The notes: a model not told the origin generated them from the sequence alone. Shown: positions 50,734 to 61,374, counted from the stretch's first letter. The stretch is DNA of 64,000 nt from Phycisphaerae bacterium (GCA_963666835.2 CAXXGO010000006.1:2400001-2464000); one strand, 5' to 3'. A program made the numbers and translations.

Positions 50734-53616
50734 CTACGGCAAATACAGGTTCCCCAGAGATGCCGGGGTGTACGCGTTGCGGACGGCGCCGGACCACGTA
50801 CTGAATTCCTGATTCTCCAGATCGAAGCGGGTGATGTTCAATCCCCAGAAGTCTCGGCTTGGGATTCCCGCTTCGAAGGCGGATAACGGGATGCGCAGCT
50901 CAACCGTCCATTGGTCCGGATGCGCCCGCGTCGCTACCTCGATGTCCGCCGGCCAGGGCTCGCGCATACCGCAAGGCGGTGAGAAACGGATGCCCTTCTC
51001 CGTCAGATCGCTCCCGGTCCGCTTAACCACGATATGGAAAAGATCCGCGGGAGACCGCGTGCCGGTATTGTACGGGTCCAACAGGATCTCGACGAGTTCC
51101 TCACCCATGGGGATCAGATCGTCGTAACGGACGGTCTTCCGCGCCGCCGTAGGGGCGGAGTTTCCGCGGGGCGTGCTGCAGTTCACCGCCAGGTACAGAT
51201 GCTCCGCGTCGCTCATGACCAGCCCCACGGTTGCACTACGCGGACGCGCGTCCGCCGCCGTGATCGGGTCACCTGAGATCGGTATGAATTCGGCGGCGAC
51301 GTTGGTTACCCCGGCCGGCCAGTCTTGAAGATCTCCGTCGACTCGAATCGGTGATTCGATTGGGCGGCTGTGGACACAACAGACCCGCAAGAAGAAGCGA
51401 TGGTTCTCTCCGCGATCGGTGTCGAGCTCCAATGGCAATGCGACGGAGCCGGCTGCCGCCGCTGGGATTGTGTCGGTCTCAGCCTGCAGCCTCAGCCGTC
51501 GGGTCTGTCCGGGAGCCAGTCCCGAGAACGACTGTTCGGAGACCACGCCTCTCCAGCCGTCCGGAAGGTCCCTGAACCGAATACTCCCGCTTATCACTTG
51601 GTCGGTACGATTCACCAGGGTCAGCACGCCCTCGACTTCAGTCGTCGGGGACTGATACGATCCGGATGACCTGATTCTCGCCCCGTCCACGTAAACGCGC
51701 AGCCTCTGGGTATCGTTAGCAAATCGCCGCGATAACGCCGTGCGAACGAGGATTTCGGACCTGCTGAGCGGTTCACCGCGATACGCCGCGTCGAGAAGAG
51801 CCTGAGCCATGATCCGGCGCGCGGCTTCGAAAACGCTCGGATCATCCGGCCAGCCGATAGGTCGGCCGTCGGCGAAGTGGTTTCTCGCCGCGGCCGAACC
51901 GGAGTAACGAACCAGAGACTCGCGGACTATGCGGACCGTGTCTTCAAGGCCGTGCCGGTTCAACAGATCACCATAGGCAGCATCCTGGAGGCTGCGACGA
52001 AGGTACTTCAGACGGACCGACGCAACCGGCTGGGCCAGGCCGAAAGGCCGACCGGGGTAAAGCAGCACGCCCGGATCGAAACGTACGCAGTCGTTCGGAT
52101 CGGGAGCTTCTTCCGCATCGGGCCAGTGGTTGACGGGCCCGACAAATGCCGCGTCGGCCTCCAGTGCTGCCACTTGCTGGCCAAGGACTCGAATGGATGA
52201 CGGGCCGGCATGGATTGCGGTGGATCCGCTGAACGGGGGACGGTCTATTGTCACCCAGGTACGTCGTCCCGCCGCCCGCTCCGCGGCCATGATCTCGGCA
52301 TCAAAGAACTGCGCCGGGGGCATCCAGATCCCCACCGCTTCACGGTAGAGCGGTTGTTCGTAGCCGATCCAGCCGAGCGGAACGAGGTCTTGAGGACAAC
52401 GTCGTGATACCAGGGGGATGCCCTCGGCGGCACGTCTGAGCAAGCCGACCAGTTCAGCGTCGTGCGGAGAGCCTTGCTTGCCCGGAGGCGGTTCCGCGGG
52501 GAGTATCAGATAACTGCGGTCCGACCAGCCCATATCTGCGAAATGGCGGCTGCATTGCCTCAGGTAGTCACCCACAAACTCCGTTGGCGCAGGTCCGAGC
52601 CTTGCCGCCTCTGACTTGTCGGCCGTCCGCATCGGTTCCGCGGGGATGGGCCAATACTGAAGCGGAATCCGGTTAACGAAGCGCTGCCCGTTCAGGCAGG
52701 GTTCCACGATCCGGTCGAATCCCCCCCAGTCGAGCACCAGATCACCTTGCGCCTCAATCCTCATCCGGGGTGTCAGCGTCGGCAGAACCGGATTCAGCCG
52801 ATGATTGCGCAGAAGGCGGATCGTCGAATCGACCAGCAGTTCGATGTTGTCTCGCTGGGCTTGGTCTTGCCAGTCGTTGACGGTAAGTCGAAGGGGGTGG
52901 CCCCGACTTTGCAGATGGTGGCTGCACAGTGCCAGGTGGTCGACTTCGGCGATGAACGCCCGATCCGTCGTTTCCGGCAACACGAACGGCCAGACCGTCA
53001 GTTCGACATTCACTGTGCCCACGGGTTTGCCCCGCGAGGTCAGCTCTACGCCCCCCACATAAGCGCCGGCAGGGACTCCCTTGGGCACGGTTAAGTCGGC
53101 CCAGAAGTAGTAGGTTTCCTCGGGCTTCAGAGCCGCCGGCAGCCCGCCGATCGGGGCGTGCAGGGGGACGAGGGCGTCGAGCGGGGCGTCGACGCGCGCT
53201 TCCGCCGCAAGCGTACGAACGTGCCATCCCGGCCAGTCTTCGATTCGGACTCGGTGCAGGCGAAACAACTGCACCCCGGCGGGGTCTATCGCCGAATCGG
53301 ATGATCGAAGCGGAGTGATGCGAATGTCCGGTTGCTTGAGCTCTGCCCCACCGGATCGCCATGCAAACCGAAAGCTGAGCACTTCCCCGATGGCACCGGC
53401 CAGCCGGACTCGGTTAGTAGTCCAACCAGCGGCGTCATGCACGTCGGGCGCGGACTCGGGCAGCACCCAGACCTTAGCGGCCGGACCTACTACCTGACAA
53501 CCGCCCAATACTGCGATGGCAGCCAATCCGACCGCCAGTCGCATCGGGATAATCGCACGAACGTGTCGGGCGTAAACCCGAACCTGCTCAGCAACGAGCC
53601 GCAAAACTTTGCTCAC
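50734..53616 (-). CDS. Large putative lipoprotein with DUF4091/GH123-like, NEW3-like and CBM9-like regions
   Basis: LGG-C lipobox (if the start is ATG 53544); LLYPG....P.ASVRL..LR..LQD; VDGDL.DW...D.EHLYLA...WTVELRIP. Confidence 0.55.
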   Translation of the reverse strand: MSKVLRLVAEQVRVYARHVRAIIPMRLAVGLAAIAVLGGCQVVGPAAKVWVLPESAPDVHDAAGWTTNRVRLAGAIGEVLSFRFAWRSGGAELKQPDIRITPLRSSDSAIDPAGVQLFRLHRVRIEDWPGWHVRTLAAEARVDAPLDALVPLHAPIGGLPAALKPEETYYFWADLTVPKGVPAGAYVGGVELTSRGKPVGTVNVELTVWPFVLPETTDRAFIAEVDHLALCSHHLQSRGHPLRLTVNDWQDQAQRDNIELLVDSTIRLLRNHRLNPVLPTLTPRMRIEAQGDLVLDWGGFDRIVEPCLNGQRFVNRIPLQYWPIPAEPMRTADKSEAARLGPAPTEFVGDYLRQCSRHFADMGWSDRSYLILPAEPPPGKQGSPHDAELVGLLRRAAEGIPLVSRRCPQDLVPLGWIGYEQPLYREAVGIWMPPAQFFDAEIMAAERAAGRRTWVTIDRPPFSGSTAIHAGPSSIRVLGQQVAALEADAAFVGPVNHWPDAEEAPDPNDCVRFDPGVLLYPGRPFGLAQPVASVRLKYLRRSLQDAAYGDLLNRHGLEDTVRIVRESLVRYSGSAAARNHFADGRPIGWPDDPSVFEAARRIMAQALLDAAYRGEPLSRSEILVRTALSRRFANDTQRLRVYVDGARIRSSGSYQSPTTEVEGVLTLVNRTDQVISGSIRFRDLPDGWRGVVSEQSFSGLAPGQTRRLRLQAETDTIPAAAAGSVALPLELDTDRGENHRFFLRVCCVHSRPIESPIRVDGDLQDWPAGVTNVAAEFIPISGDPITAADARPRSATVGLVMSDAEHLYLAVNCSTPRGNSAPTAARKTVRYDDLIPMGEELVEILLDPYNTGTRSPADLFHIVVKRTGSDLTEKGIRFSPPCGMREPWPADIEVATRAHPDQWTVELRIPLSAFEAGIPSRDFWGLNITRFDLENQEFSTWSGAVRNAYTPASLGNLYLP

Positions 53617-53628
53617 GGAGGTTGAAGA

Positions 53629-54447
53629 CTAAGAAGGATCCTCGACGTCCTCGGTCTCGCCCTCATCGGGATTGACGACCTCGATGGTGCCATCTTCCTT
53701 GGCCCGCACTTTTCTGAGTATCGCCGGAGGCACCTGATCTTCCGAAATCGGCACGGGCGTAATCATCGCCGGGACGTCATCCAAAGAGCTCTCGGTTACT
53801 TCCTCCTCCGGAGGCGCCGAGACGAACCGCACTACCGTGAAAACCTCATCAAGCCGGGCGATACGGTCTTTGGCGAGCTGATAGTACGGCACACCGTTCA
53901 AGGCCGTGTTGTCCAACACAGCCTTGAGGTGCCGACGCGCCGTCTCTTTGTGCTCGGCCTTGCCGTCCCGTGCAAACTCGTTTTCTGCTACCGTAGCGAG
54001 ACCACAGTGGGCTGCACCGAATGCGATCGGGTTGTTGGCGAACCGAGTGAGTAGCGCGTTGAAGGCCTCTCCGGCCTTCTTGTTCCATTCCGCGCTCGGC
54101 GGATCATCTACTTCGCGCGCCAGACGTAGAGCTTGTGCTCCCTGATCGACCAGCGAAGTCAGGACGAAATGTCGATCAGTCGCGTCACTGGTCAGCCGGC
54201 TGAGGCGATCAAGCGACGCCGTGCTGTTCTCCACGGTATCGTACTTGAGCTCGGCCTTCTGCTGCCACAGGTCTTCCAAGGCTACGGCGCGAGACCGTGC
54301 CGTCATGCCCGCGATTATTATTACCACGACCACGACCAGGGCGATCATTAAGATCTTCGTGCCGTGTTCGTTTAGATACGTTTTGGCGACCTCCAGCATG
54401 TGGGACAGGTCGTTTTCCTTCAACTCGTGACGTCGTTCCGATTTCAT
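53629..54447 (-). CDS. Membrane-anchored TPR-like hypothetical protein (YfgM-like)
   Basis: MKSERRHELKENDL, a single TM helix, a helical periplasmic region and an acidic tail. Confidence 0.6.
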   Translation of the reverse strand: MKSERRHELKENDLSHMLEVAKTYLNEHGTKILMIALVVVVVIIIAGMTARSRAVALEDLWQQKAELKYDTVENSTASLDRLSRLTSDATDRHFVLTSLVDQGAQALRLAREVDDPPSAEWNKKAGEAFNALLTRFANNPIAFGAAHCGLATVAENEFARDGKAEHKETARRHLKAVLDNTALNGVPYYQLAKDRIARLDEVFTVVRFVSAPPEEEVTESSLDDVPAMITPVPISEDQVPPAILRKVRAKEDGTIEVVNPDEGETEDVEDPS

Positions 54448-54482
54448 ATTACTGTCTTCTTCGCTGATTCCGCTCCGACCGC

Positions 54483-54965
54483 CTACGGTGCGATCGGCGT
54501 GATGATTACATCAACTGTCACTCGACCGAACATCCCGGGCGGTCGACCTTGGATCGTGATGGTACACGATTCCGCCCCGCGCTCAAACTTCATTGTATAT
54601 CGCCCATGCACATTGCTGTCACTGGTCTCGACCCACCGCACCAATGGCATCTGCTCGCGGTAAAACTGCCGCGTACGCGACTTATCGGCCTTTCCCGTGT
54701 AGCGGTGACGCACATAACGGATCGAGCCCGACGCCCAATCCTCGCTAGACTGATCGACCAAACGGAACCCAACTGGTAACGGAATATCCGCCGTTACCGG
54801 ATGCGGCGAGGCCACCATGCCGCCAGCTTGGTCTCTTACGCCCGAACCTACGCATCCGCAAGTTGCGATGAGCACCCCGGCCGCCAGGGTTTGGGTTATG
54901 CGAATAATCCTGTGTGACACTGCCAGCCCTCGATGTGCGGGCCCCCAACGCTTTGCGGCCCGCAC
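54483..54965 (-). CDS. Hypothetical lipoprotein
   Basis: Hydrophobic stretch ending ATCGC; DIPLP.GF...FY..QM...W pattern. Start uncertain. Confidence 0.55.
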   Translation of the reverse strand: MRAAKRWGPAHRGLAVSHRIIRITQTLAAGVLIATCGCVGSGVRDQAGGMVASPHPVTADIPLPVGFRLVDQSSEDWASGSIRYVRHRYTGKADKSRTRQFYREQMPLVRWVETSDSNVHGRYTMKFERGAESCTITIQGRPPGMFGRVTVDVIITPIAP

Positions 54966-55205
54966 GCAACTGCACGGTGAGAAAGGAGCTTACGACTCGC
55001 CACCGTTCTCGTCAACGACGTGTGCCGTTCCGCGGTATCTCCGCCGGAGACGAGGGGAGTTTATTGCCCCTGGCGAGGTTGAACTACGGTTGTTTTCGGC
55101 CGTACTAACGATAGACTGTTCCGGTCGTTAATCACGCGGTCTCTTCGCGAGGCTCTTTCCGCCCAATTGGGCGCCGGCAACCTTTTCTTATGGAGGCAAG
55201 CAGAC

Positions 55206-55841
55206 ATGGCCGCCGACTCGTCAGAATCAACCGGATCCGCCGATTCGCCCCGGCCGAAGCGACCGTTCATCAGCGCTCGATTGATCATCCTGGTGGTGGT
55301 TGGAGCAGCGATGGCCACCTATTGGGCGACCAGGGAACCCGTGGTGTTCGACCCGAACGATGCCGGAGACCGGGACCAGATCGTCGCCGATGACCTGTCG
55401 GCAGTGGAGGTTGGCCAACAACTTGTTTGGCAACAGCCCTGTGAGGGCGAAGGACCCCCCGAGGACGCCCCGGTCGAACTGTCGATCGATGTCTGGGTAG
55501 ATCCGGCCGACACCAAGAACAGGCTACATTTCAGTATCACTGAGGCGCATGGGTACTACGTTGATACTCCCAGCATGCTGTTCTGGTATCAGGAAGCCGG
55601 TGAGGATATTGGTCCCGAAGAGTCTGGCCTCGTGCTCCGCCAGACGATGTTCAACAACCTGGTGCCGGCCAACGGTGAGATGCGAGATTGTCTTGAGGTG
55701 GTCGCGGCGGAGCTGGAGCTGGTCGGCGGGGACATCGGAACCACCGAGAACTGGCAAGCCGAAGTCATTGATTACCACAGGGCGCGGATCGAAAACTGTG
55801 ATCCACTGCCCACCGTGACGAAGAGGGTCAAGTGCGATTGA
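55206..55841 (+). CDS. Membrane-anchored hypothetical protein (paralog A)
   Basis: GGAGG RBS, N-terminal TM; shares KNRL..EAHGYYVDT and the C-terminal CD with the next gene. Confidence 0.7.
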   Translation: MAADSSESTGSADSPRPKRPFISARLIILVVVGAAMATYWATREPVVFDPNDAGDRDQIVADDLSAVEVGQQLVWQQPCEGEGPPEDAPVELSIDVWVDPADTKNRLHFSITEAHGYYVDTPSMLFWYQEAGEDIGPEESGLVLRQTMFNNLVPANGEMRDCLEVVAAELELVGGDIGTTENWQAEVIDYHRARIENCDPLPTVTKRVKCD

Positions 55842-55917
55842 TGGCCGGCGAACCGGCGCGGGTGTTACTTCGGGGGACGCGTTTCGGCTGCCCTGTCACG
55901 TACTCCTCGGTGGTGTC

Positions 55918-56481
55918 GTGAAAGCGCGGCTGGTCGTATTCGCGGTGCTCGGGGTATCTCTACTGGTCTATCACGTCGTCACGAATGACGATCTCAGGCC
56001 GCAGGTGCCGACACTCGGTCGGGTGTTGCCGGGAGAACCTCCGCATGAAGTGGTTGAGATTCGTAAGCAACTTGTGCGAGAGCAGAAGATCGGCGGGGAA
56101 GAGCCGCCGGAGCCTGTTGATCTCACCGTTCGGGTCTGGACGGATCCCACTGATGGCAAGAACCGGCTCTACTACGAGATATCCGAGGCTCACGGTTACT
56201 ACGTGGACACCTTCAGGCTGCAGTTCTGGTTTGCCGGTGGTGAGGGAATCACCGGGCCACGCAGTTCTCCCCTCGTCGTTCCTGTGTTTTTGAATGATTA
56301 CCTAACCGCCGGCGATGTGCTGCGGAGCTGTGTCGACGTGACGCCGATCGAGCTTCGTGGGGTTGGCGGGAGCCTCGGGTCAAGCGAGGACTGGGCGGCG
56401 CGGGTTGTTAGCTATTACCGGGCGCGCGCCGCCAATCCGGATCCTCTGCCTGAAGCCCCCGTGGGGATTCGATGTGACTAA
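55918..56481 (+). CDS. Membrane-anchored hypothetical protein (paralog B)
   Basis: N-terminal hydrophobic segment; colinear similarity to 55206-55841. Confidence 0.7.
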   Translation: MKARLVVFAVLGVSLLVYHVVTNDDLRPQVPTLGRVLPGEPPHEVVEIRKQLVREQKIGGEEPPEPVDLTVRVWTDPTDGKNRLYYEISEAHGYYVDTFRLQFWFAGGEGITGPRSSPLVVPVFLNDYLTAGDVLRSCVDVTPIELRGVGGSLGSSEDWAARVVSYYRARAANPDPLPEAPVGIRCD

Positions 56482-56543
56482 GCCCGGAAGACTCATCCAA
56501 CCGAAGTACAGGGTGGGGGTCAATTCCGCTTCTGCGGCTGCTG

Positions 56544-57779
56544 TCAGGTGAGTAGCTGGAGGATGTTGAACAGCACCGAGAGCAGCAGGATCACACCCAA
56601 AGCGAGAACGAGTTGGCTTGATACCCCGGTGGTGCCTGCAACGACCTCGTCCTCATCGGGGTCCTTCTCGATTGCCTTGCCTTTCGTGGCCAGCGACTGG
56701 AGCAGTGCATGGTCATACTTCTGCCGGGCTAGGAGCGGGGGTTCTCCTTTGGCGACCGCTTCGATATCGGCAATAGCCTCCTCGGCCGACGGATAACGGT
56801 CGTTAGGGTCCTTCGCCATCATTACTTCGATGATCTCGCCCACGCCGGAGGAGAGCGCTTCGTTCACATGGTCCGGGGGCACCAGCGGCTCTTTGAGGTG
56901 CTTGTGCATCACCGCCGACGGCGTCGCCCCGTCAAACGGGACCTTGCCGGTTACCATGTGGTAGAAGGTGGCCCCGAGTGCATACAGGTCGGCCCGGCAG
57001 TCGATGTCGATATCGCCGCGAATCTGCTCCGGACTGATGTAATACGGTGTGCCGTACGCCCGCCCGGCCTCTGCGGCCGCCGTTGCGTAATCGCCGATCT
57101 CCCTGGCCAAGCCCATATCAGCCAACTTAACCATGCCTTCTTTGGTGAGCATGATGTTCTTCGGTTTGACATCGCGGTGGATCAGATCCATAGAATGGGC
57201 GTGTTGCAGGGCCTGCGCGGTCTGTAGGATGATCCGCAGAGCCTCTGCTTCGGCCATGCACCGACCGTCGGTCAGATGTTCGTAGATCGTGTCGCCGTCG
57301 ATGAACTCCATCACGAAGTAGTGGTAGCCGCTTGACTCGCCCACGTCGAAGGCCTGGACGATGTGCGCGTGGTTAAGCCGCGCGGCAGCCCGACCCTCTC
57401 GATAGAATCGCTCCACGAACTCCGGGTTCTCGCTCAGCCGCTTCGGTAGCACCTTGATGGCCACTATCCGGTCCAGACTCAACTGCTTGGCCTTGAACAC
57501 CACGGCCATAGCGCCCTGCCCGATCTTGCTGATGATCTGAAACCCCGGAATCTGCTGGGCCGGACGGTACATCGAGTCCTCGTCCAGCGACAGATTCAGT
57601 CGTTTGACCTGGGAGTGGGTGGCGTAACCGCGTTGGATGAGAAGCTCAGGCAGGGGGATCTCGGTTCCCTTTTTGGCGAGGGCTTTCTTCTCAGTAAGCA
57701 CGAGATCCACCTCGCTGGCCGTGCATAGCTTCCGTTCGACCACCAAACGGGCGAACTGAGATTCGTCGAGTGTTGACAT
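56544..57779 (-). CDS. Ser/Thr protein kinase with a C-terminal TM anchor
   Basis: GQGAMA, VAIK, HRDVKPKN, DMGLA and GTPYYISPEQ; hydrophobic C-terminus. Confidence 0.93.
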   Translation of the reverse strand: MSTLDESQFARLVVERKLCTASEVDLVLTEKKALAKKGTEIPLPELLIQRGYATHSQVKRLNLSLDEDSMYRPAQQIPGFQIISKIGQGAMAVVFKAKQLSLDRIVAIKVLPKRLSENPEFVERFYREGRAAARLNHAHIVQAFDVGESSGYHYFVMEFIDGDTIYEHLTDGRCMAEAEALRIILQTAQALQHAHSMDLIHRDVKPKNIMLTKEGMVKLADMGLAREIGDYATAAAEAGRAYGTPYYISPEQIRGDIDIDCRADLYALGATFYHMVTGKVPFDGATPSAVMHKHLKEPLVPPDHVNEALSSGVGEIIEVMMAKDPNDRYPSAEEAIADIEAVAKGEPPLLARQKYDHALLQSLATKGKAIEKDPDEDEVVAGTTGVSSQLVLALGVILLLSVLFNILQLLT

Positions 57780-57962
57780 ATTTGAGTCCATCAAGACGGG
57801 GGTGGCTGTCAGCACCGCCGCCAACATGCCGCCGGTACACGATCCACCCCACAATACGGTAGGCGCAGATCCGCGATAGATCGACCGGTCGGCGATATAC
57901 GCGGACGCCTATGCGGAGATCCCCTACAGGTCCTTTCTGCGCTTGGACCCGTGAATCGCGTG

Positions 57963-59177
57963 CTACGTACGAGCTGTGCGCCCGAGGCCGACGCCAATGG
58001 GCTGAGCTCCGATAAGCTCCCGCGCTATGACAACCGTAGCGGCATTCGGTCGCCGGTCAAGTAAACAACGCAGGGCTTGGGCTACCAATGAGTGCTGCCG
58101 CCCTGTGAAAAGGTAAGGGGACCTGTCCGCGATGCGATCGCTCCCCAGGTATGTCGCGATGCGTGTGGTGAGTTCGCCGATACCGGCCCCGGTCTCGGCG
58201 GATATCCAGAGTCCTTGCTTGGGTACGACCCACTCTGGCCGGGCCGCCCCCCGATCGGCTTTGTTTAGCACGATCAGAGTACCGGCGGAGTTTTCCTCGG
58301 CGTCCACGCACGCCTCGATTGTCTTGGTCTCCGAGATGGAAACGCCATCAAGAACGAGAATCCGCAAATCGGCCGCGTTGGCTTCGTTGCACCCCGATTC
58401 GACGGCCAGGCTCTCCAGGTCGTCATCCGGGAGTCGTCGCCCGGCAGTGTCGACGAGGGTTGCGGGGATCCCGTCGAACTCCGTCGAGGCGGTTACCCAA
58501 TCACGAGTTGTGCCCGCCCGGGGAGCTACCATCGCTGCGTTCCGGCCGACGAGACGATTGAACAAGGTCGATTTCCCGCTGTTGGGAGGTCCGACCAGCA
58601 CAACCTTCGCCCCGTGAAGCAGGCGTCGGGCGTCGTCGTACCCTTGCAGCAGACTCTCCAGCTCGGCACGGACCCCCTCCGGATCCGTTGCACACCGCCC
58701 TGCAACCCGCCGCAGGCTGTCGGCGAGATTCTCGCGCTGCCATGACAGGAACCTGACGGCACGGGCGGTTTTCGCCTGAACCAGTGCGTCGAGCGCCTCG
58801 GCCTCGATCCTTCCGGTTGCCGACCACACGTCGCTTGCGGCAGGGGGCGTTTCTACGATTTCCGCCCCATGCTCTGCCAGGCTGCTCAATACGCGTTGCA
58901 GAACCCGGATTCCGCCGTGAGCGGCAATGTCGATCGTGGGAATACCGCTTACGATTGCCAGGCTAACCACTGCGTCGTCGATGCTCTCGGTTTCATCGTG
59001 AATGCTTCCGTACCGGAGCCGGTCGACGTCGGCCTCCGCAAGAACCCGACCTGACCGGCTCTCGAAGACCCGGTTGAGGATGCTCAACGCGCCTTCACCT
59101 ACAACCCGAACGATGCCCAGTGCTCCCATGCCGGCCGGAGTGGTTACGAAGCAGCGCGCCACGTTATCACCGTTCAT
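57963..59177 (-). CDS. MnmE/TrmE-like GTPase lacking the C-terminal CxGK motif
   Basis: TP.G.GA.GIVR..G N-terminal domain and HGG; G1 GPPNSGKS, GTTRD, DTAG, NKAD and ISA. Confidence 0.8.
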   Translation of the reverse strand: MNGDNVARCFVTTPAGMGALGIVRVVGEGALSILNRVFESRSGRVLAEADVDRLRYGSIHDETESIDDAVVSLAIVSGIPTIDIAAHGGIRVLQRVLSSLAEHGAEIVETPPAASDVWSATGRIEAEALDALVQAKTARAVRFLSWQRENLADSLRRVAGRCATDPEGVRAELESLLQGYDDARRLLHGAKVVLVGPPNSGKSTLFNRLVGRNAAMVAPRAGTTRDWVTASTEFDGIPATLVDTAGRRLPDDDLESLAVESGCNEANAADLRILVLDGVSISETKTIEACVDAEENSAGTLIVLNKADRGAARPEWVVPKQGLWISAETGAGIGELTTRIATYLGSDRIADRSPYLFTGRQHSLVAQALRCLLDRRPNAATVVIARELIGAQPIGVGLGRTART

Positions 59178-59974
59178 ACGCCTCTGTCGGAAAGGTATCT
59201 CGCATACGCCAACCCGACACCTTGAAGAGTGAGATTAGCGACGGCGGAGTCGATGAAATCGCATTGGGGGGCCAACAGCTCCAGGCTCCCGCCGGTGGCG
59301 ACGACGTGTGGCCAGGAGCCCAGCTTCGTCGCGTAGGCCTCGACCAAGCCACGCACGGCTCCGGCTACGCCGCGACACACGCCGGTTTGCATTGCTTCTG
59401 CGGTGTTGCGTCCGTAGGGCAGTTCCGGAATCGCGGGCATGACTTTGGGTAGTGCCGCAGTGTGCTCATTTAGTGAGCGCAGTTGTAGTTCGAGCCCCGG
59501 CAGGATCGCTCCGCCTTGCAGGACGCCCTCGTCGTCAACGAGATCGACCGTAACCGCGGTGCCGAAATCCACGATCGTGCATGCCGTATTAAGTTCGCAG
59601 GCTGCGGCGGCGGCGGCGCAGACGCGGTCCACCCCGATTGCTCTAGGATCCTCGACCGCCACGTCGATTGGCAAGGGGATAGTGTCACCGACGATCAGAG
59701 CTCGTTGGCCCAGCTCGACCTGGACCACCTCCGCAATCCGGGCACACGCGGCCGGTACCACTGCTCCGATTATCACGGCGACGGGGCGTTTCTTCGGGAA
59801 AGCCTCGCGATGGGCGGCGAAGGCCTCGGCAAAGGCCTCGTCATCTCCGGTGGCGATGGTCACCGGAGACTTCACCCGGCCCTCGTGCCAGGTTGCGATG
59901 CTCGTGTTTGTATTGCCGACATCGATCGCGAGAGCGGGGGCCAGCGGGTCATATTCGCGAGGTATCTGCGTCAT
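59174..59974 (-). CDS. coaX: Type III pantothenate kinase
   Basis: IDVGNT, IGVDR, VDFGTAVT, GGAILPG and ATGG. Confidence 0.93.
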   Translation of the reverse strand: MTQIPREYDPLAPALAIDVGNTNTSIATWHEGRVKSPVTIATGDDEAFAEAFAAHREAFPKKRPVAVIIGAVVPAACARIAEVVQVELGQRALIVGDTIPLPIDVAVEDPRAIGVDRVCAAAAAACELNTACTIVDFGTAVTVDLVDDEGVLQGGAILPGLELQLRSLNEHTAALPKVMPAIPELPYGRNTAEAMQTGVCRGVAGAVRGLVEAYATKLGSWPHVVATGGSLELLAPQCDFIDSAVANLTLQGVGLAYARYLSDRGV

Positions 59975-61032
59975 GGGTTCTTCCGGTGGGGGGGCTGGGG
60001 GAGTTCGGGCCCCACTTCTGGGGCCTCTTCCCGGGTCTTGAACTCCTGCACTTGCGACCAGAGCCGTTCGGCGAGTTGCGCGACCCCTTCACCAGTAACG
60101 GCGCTGATGGGCAGAACTTCGCAGCCGATTCCCTCCGAGAGTTCTCTGACCGTTTCGCCCGTATCGCCGATCAGATCGATCTTGTTCGCTGCCACAACTT
60201 CGTCCTTCCCGGCCAATTCCTCGCTGTACTTGCGGAGTTCCCGGCGTATCGCCCGGTACGATTCGAGCGGTGACAGATCGGAGTATTCCGAACCGACGTT
60301 CACAAGGTGCAGGATTATGCGGGTTCGCTCAACATGTCGAAGGAAGGCGTCGCCGAGACCCGCGCCCTCGTGGGCTCCTTCAATCAGCCCCGGGATGTCG
60401 GCCATGACGAACCGACGATGCCCGGAGAGTTCAATAATCCCGAGTTGCGGTTTGAGCGTCGTGAAGGGGTAGTCGGCGATCTTGGGCCGTGCTCGTGAAA
60501 GTCGCGCCAGCAACGTGCTCTTGCCCGCATTGGGAAGGCCGACGATTCCGACGTCGGCCATCAGCTTCAAATCCAGGCGCAGCCAACGCTCCTGTCCGGG
60601 TGATCCCGGTTCGGTCTCTCGCGGGATCTGGTGAGTTGCGGTGGCGAAATGCACGTTTCCGCGGCCGCCCTTTCCGCCCTGCGCGATGCAGACCGGCTTT
60701 CCCGGCTCCGAGAGGTCCTTGATAAGTATACCCGTGTCTCTGTCATGCAGCAGGGTGCCGACGGGAAGCTCGAGCACCAGGTCCTCGCCGGACATCCCGG
60801 TCATGTTCTTGCCAAGTCCCGGCTGGCCATTCTTGGCGATCCAGTGATGCCGGCTCGCGAAATCCAACAAGGTTTCGACGTTCGGTGCGGCAACCGCGTA
60901 AACACTGCCGCCGTCGCCGCCGTCGCCGCCGTCCGGACCCCCTTTGGGGATGAACTTCTCACGCCGGAAGCTCAGGCAGCCGTCTCCACCCTTACCCGCT
61001 CGCACGTAGATTTCGGCCTGGTCGGCGAACAT
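59971..61032 (-). CDS. obgE: GTPase ObgE
   Basis: GKGGDG.SFRREK..P.GGPDGGDGG, GLPNAGKS, YPFTT, DIPG and NKID. Confidence 0.97.
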   Translation of the reverse strand: MFADQAEIYVRAGKGGDGCLSFRREKFIPKGGPDGGDGGDGGSVYAVAAPNVETLLDFASRHHWIAKNGQPGLGKNMTGMSGEDLVLELPVGTLLHDRDTGILIKDLSEPGKPVCIAQGGKGGRGNVHFATATHQIPRETEPGSPGQERWLRLDLKLMADVGIVGLPNAGKSTLLARLSRARPKIADYPFTTLKPQLGIIELSGHRRFVMADIPGLIEGAHEGAGLGDAFLRHVERTRIILHLVNVGSEYSDLSPLESYRAIRRELRKYSEELAGKDEVVAANKIDLIGDTGETVRELSEGIGCEVLPISAVTGEGVAQLAERLWSQVQEFKTREEAPEVGPELPQPPHRKNP

Positions 61033-61070
61033 GATGATCCAGTCATTGGGGCACGATTACGACGCCGCAC

Positions 61071-61101
61071 AAAAAAAGAGGATGGTCCGAAAACCATCCT
61101 C
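61071..61101 (-). terminator. Rho-independent terminator downstream of rpmA
   Basis: The minus strand reads GAGGATGGT-TTTCGG-ACCATCCTC-TTTTTTT: a 9-bp stem followed by a U7 tract. Confidence 0.85.
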
Positions 61102-61128
61102 AGTATCGACTTATTCACACCCGGCGGA

Positions 61129-61374
61129 CTACATGCGCTCGGGTAGCACATCCACCTTGCGGCCGCGGAACCGGACATAGCCGTCCGCCAGGGCGAAAAG
61201 AGTGTCGTCCTTGCCGCGCCCTACGTTGTGCCCGGGTAGGTGCGGGGTGCCGCACTGACGCAGGATGATAGTACCGACCGTTACCTCCTGACCGGCATAT
61301 CGCTTGATGCCCCGAAACTGCGGGTTGCTGTCGCGACCGTTCCGCGAGGAGCCTTGCCCTTTCTTATGTGCCAT
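61129..61374 (-). CDS. rpmA: 50S ribosomal protein L27
   Basis: [16 protein letters not shown]...[11 protein letters not shown]. Confidence 0.97.
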   Translation of the reverse strand: MAHKKGQGSSRNGRDSNPQFRGIKRYAGQEVTVGTIILRQCGTPHLPGHNVGRGKDDTLFALADGYVRFRGRKVDVLPERM

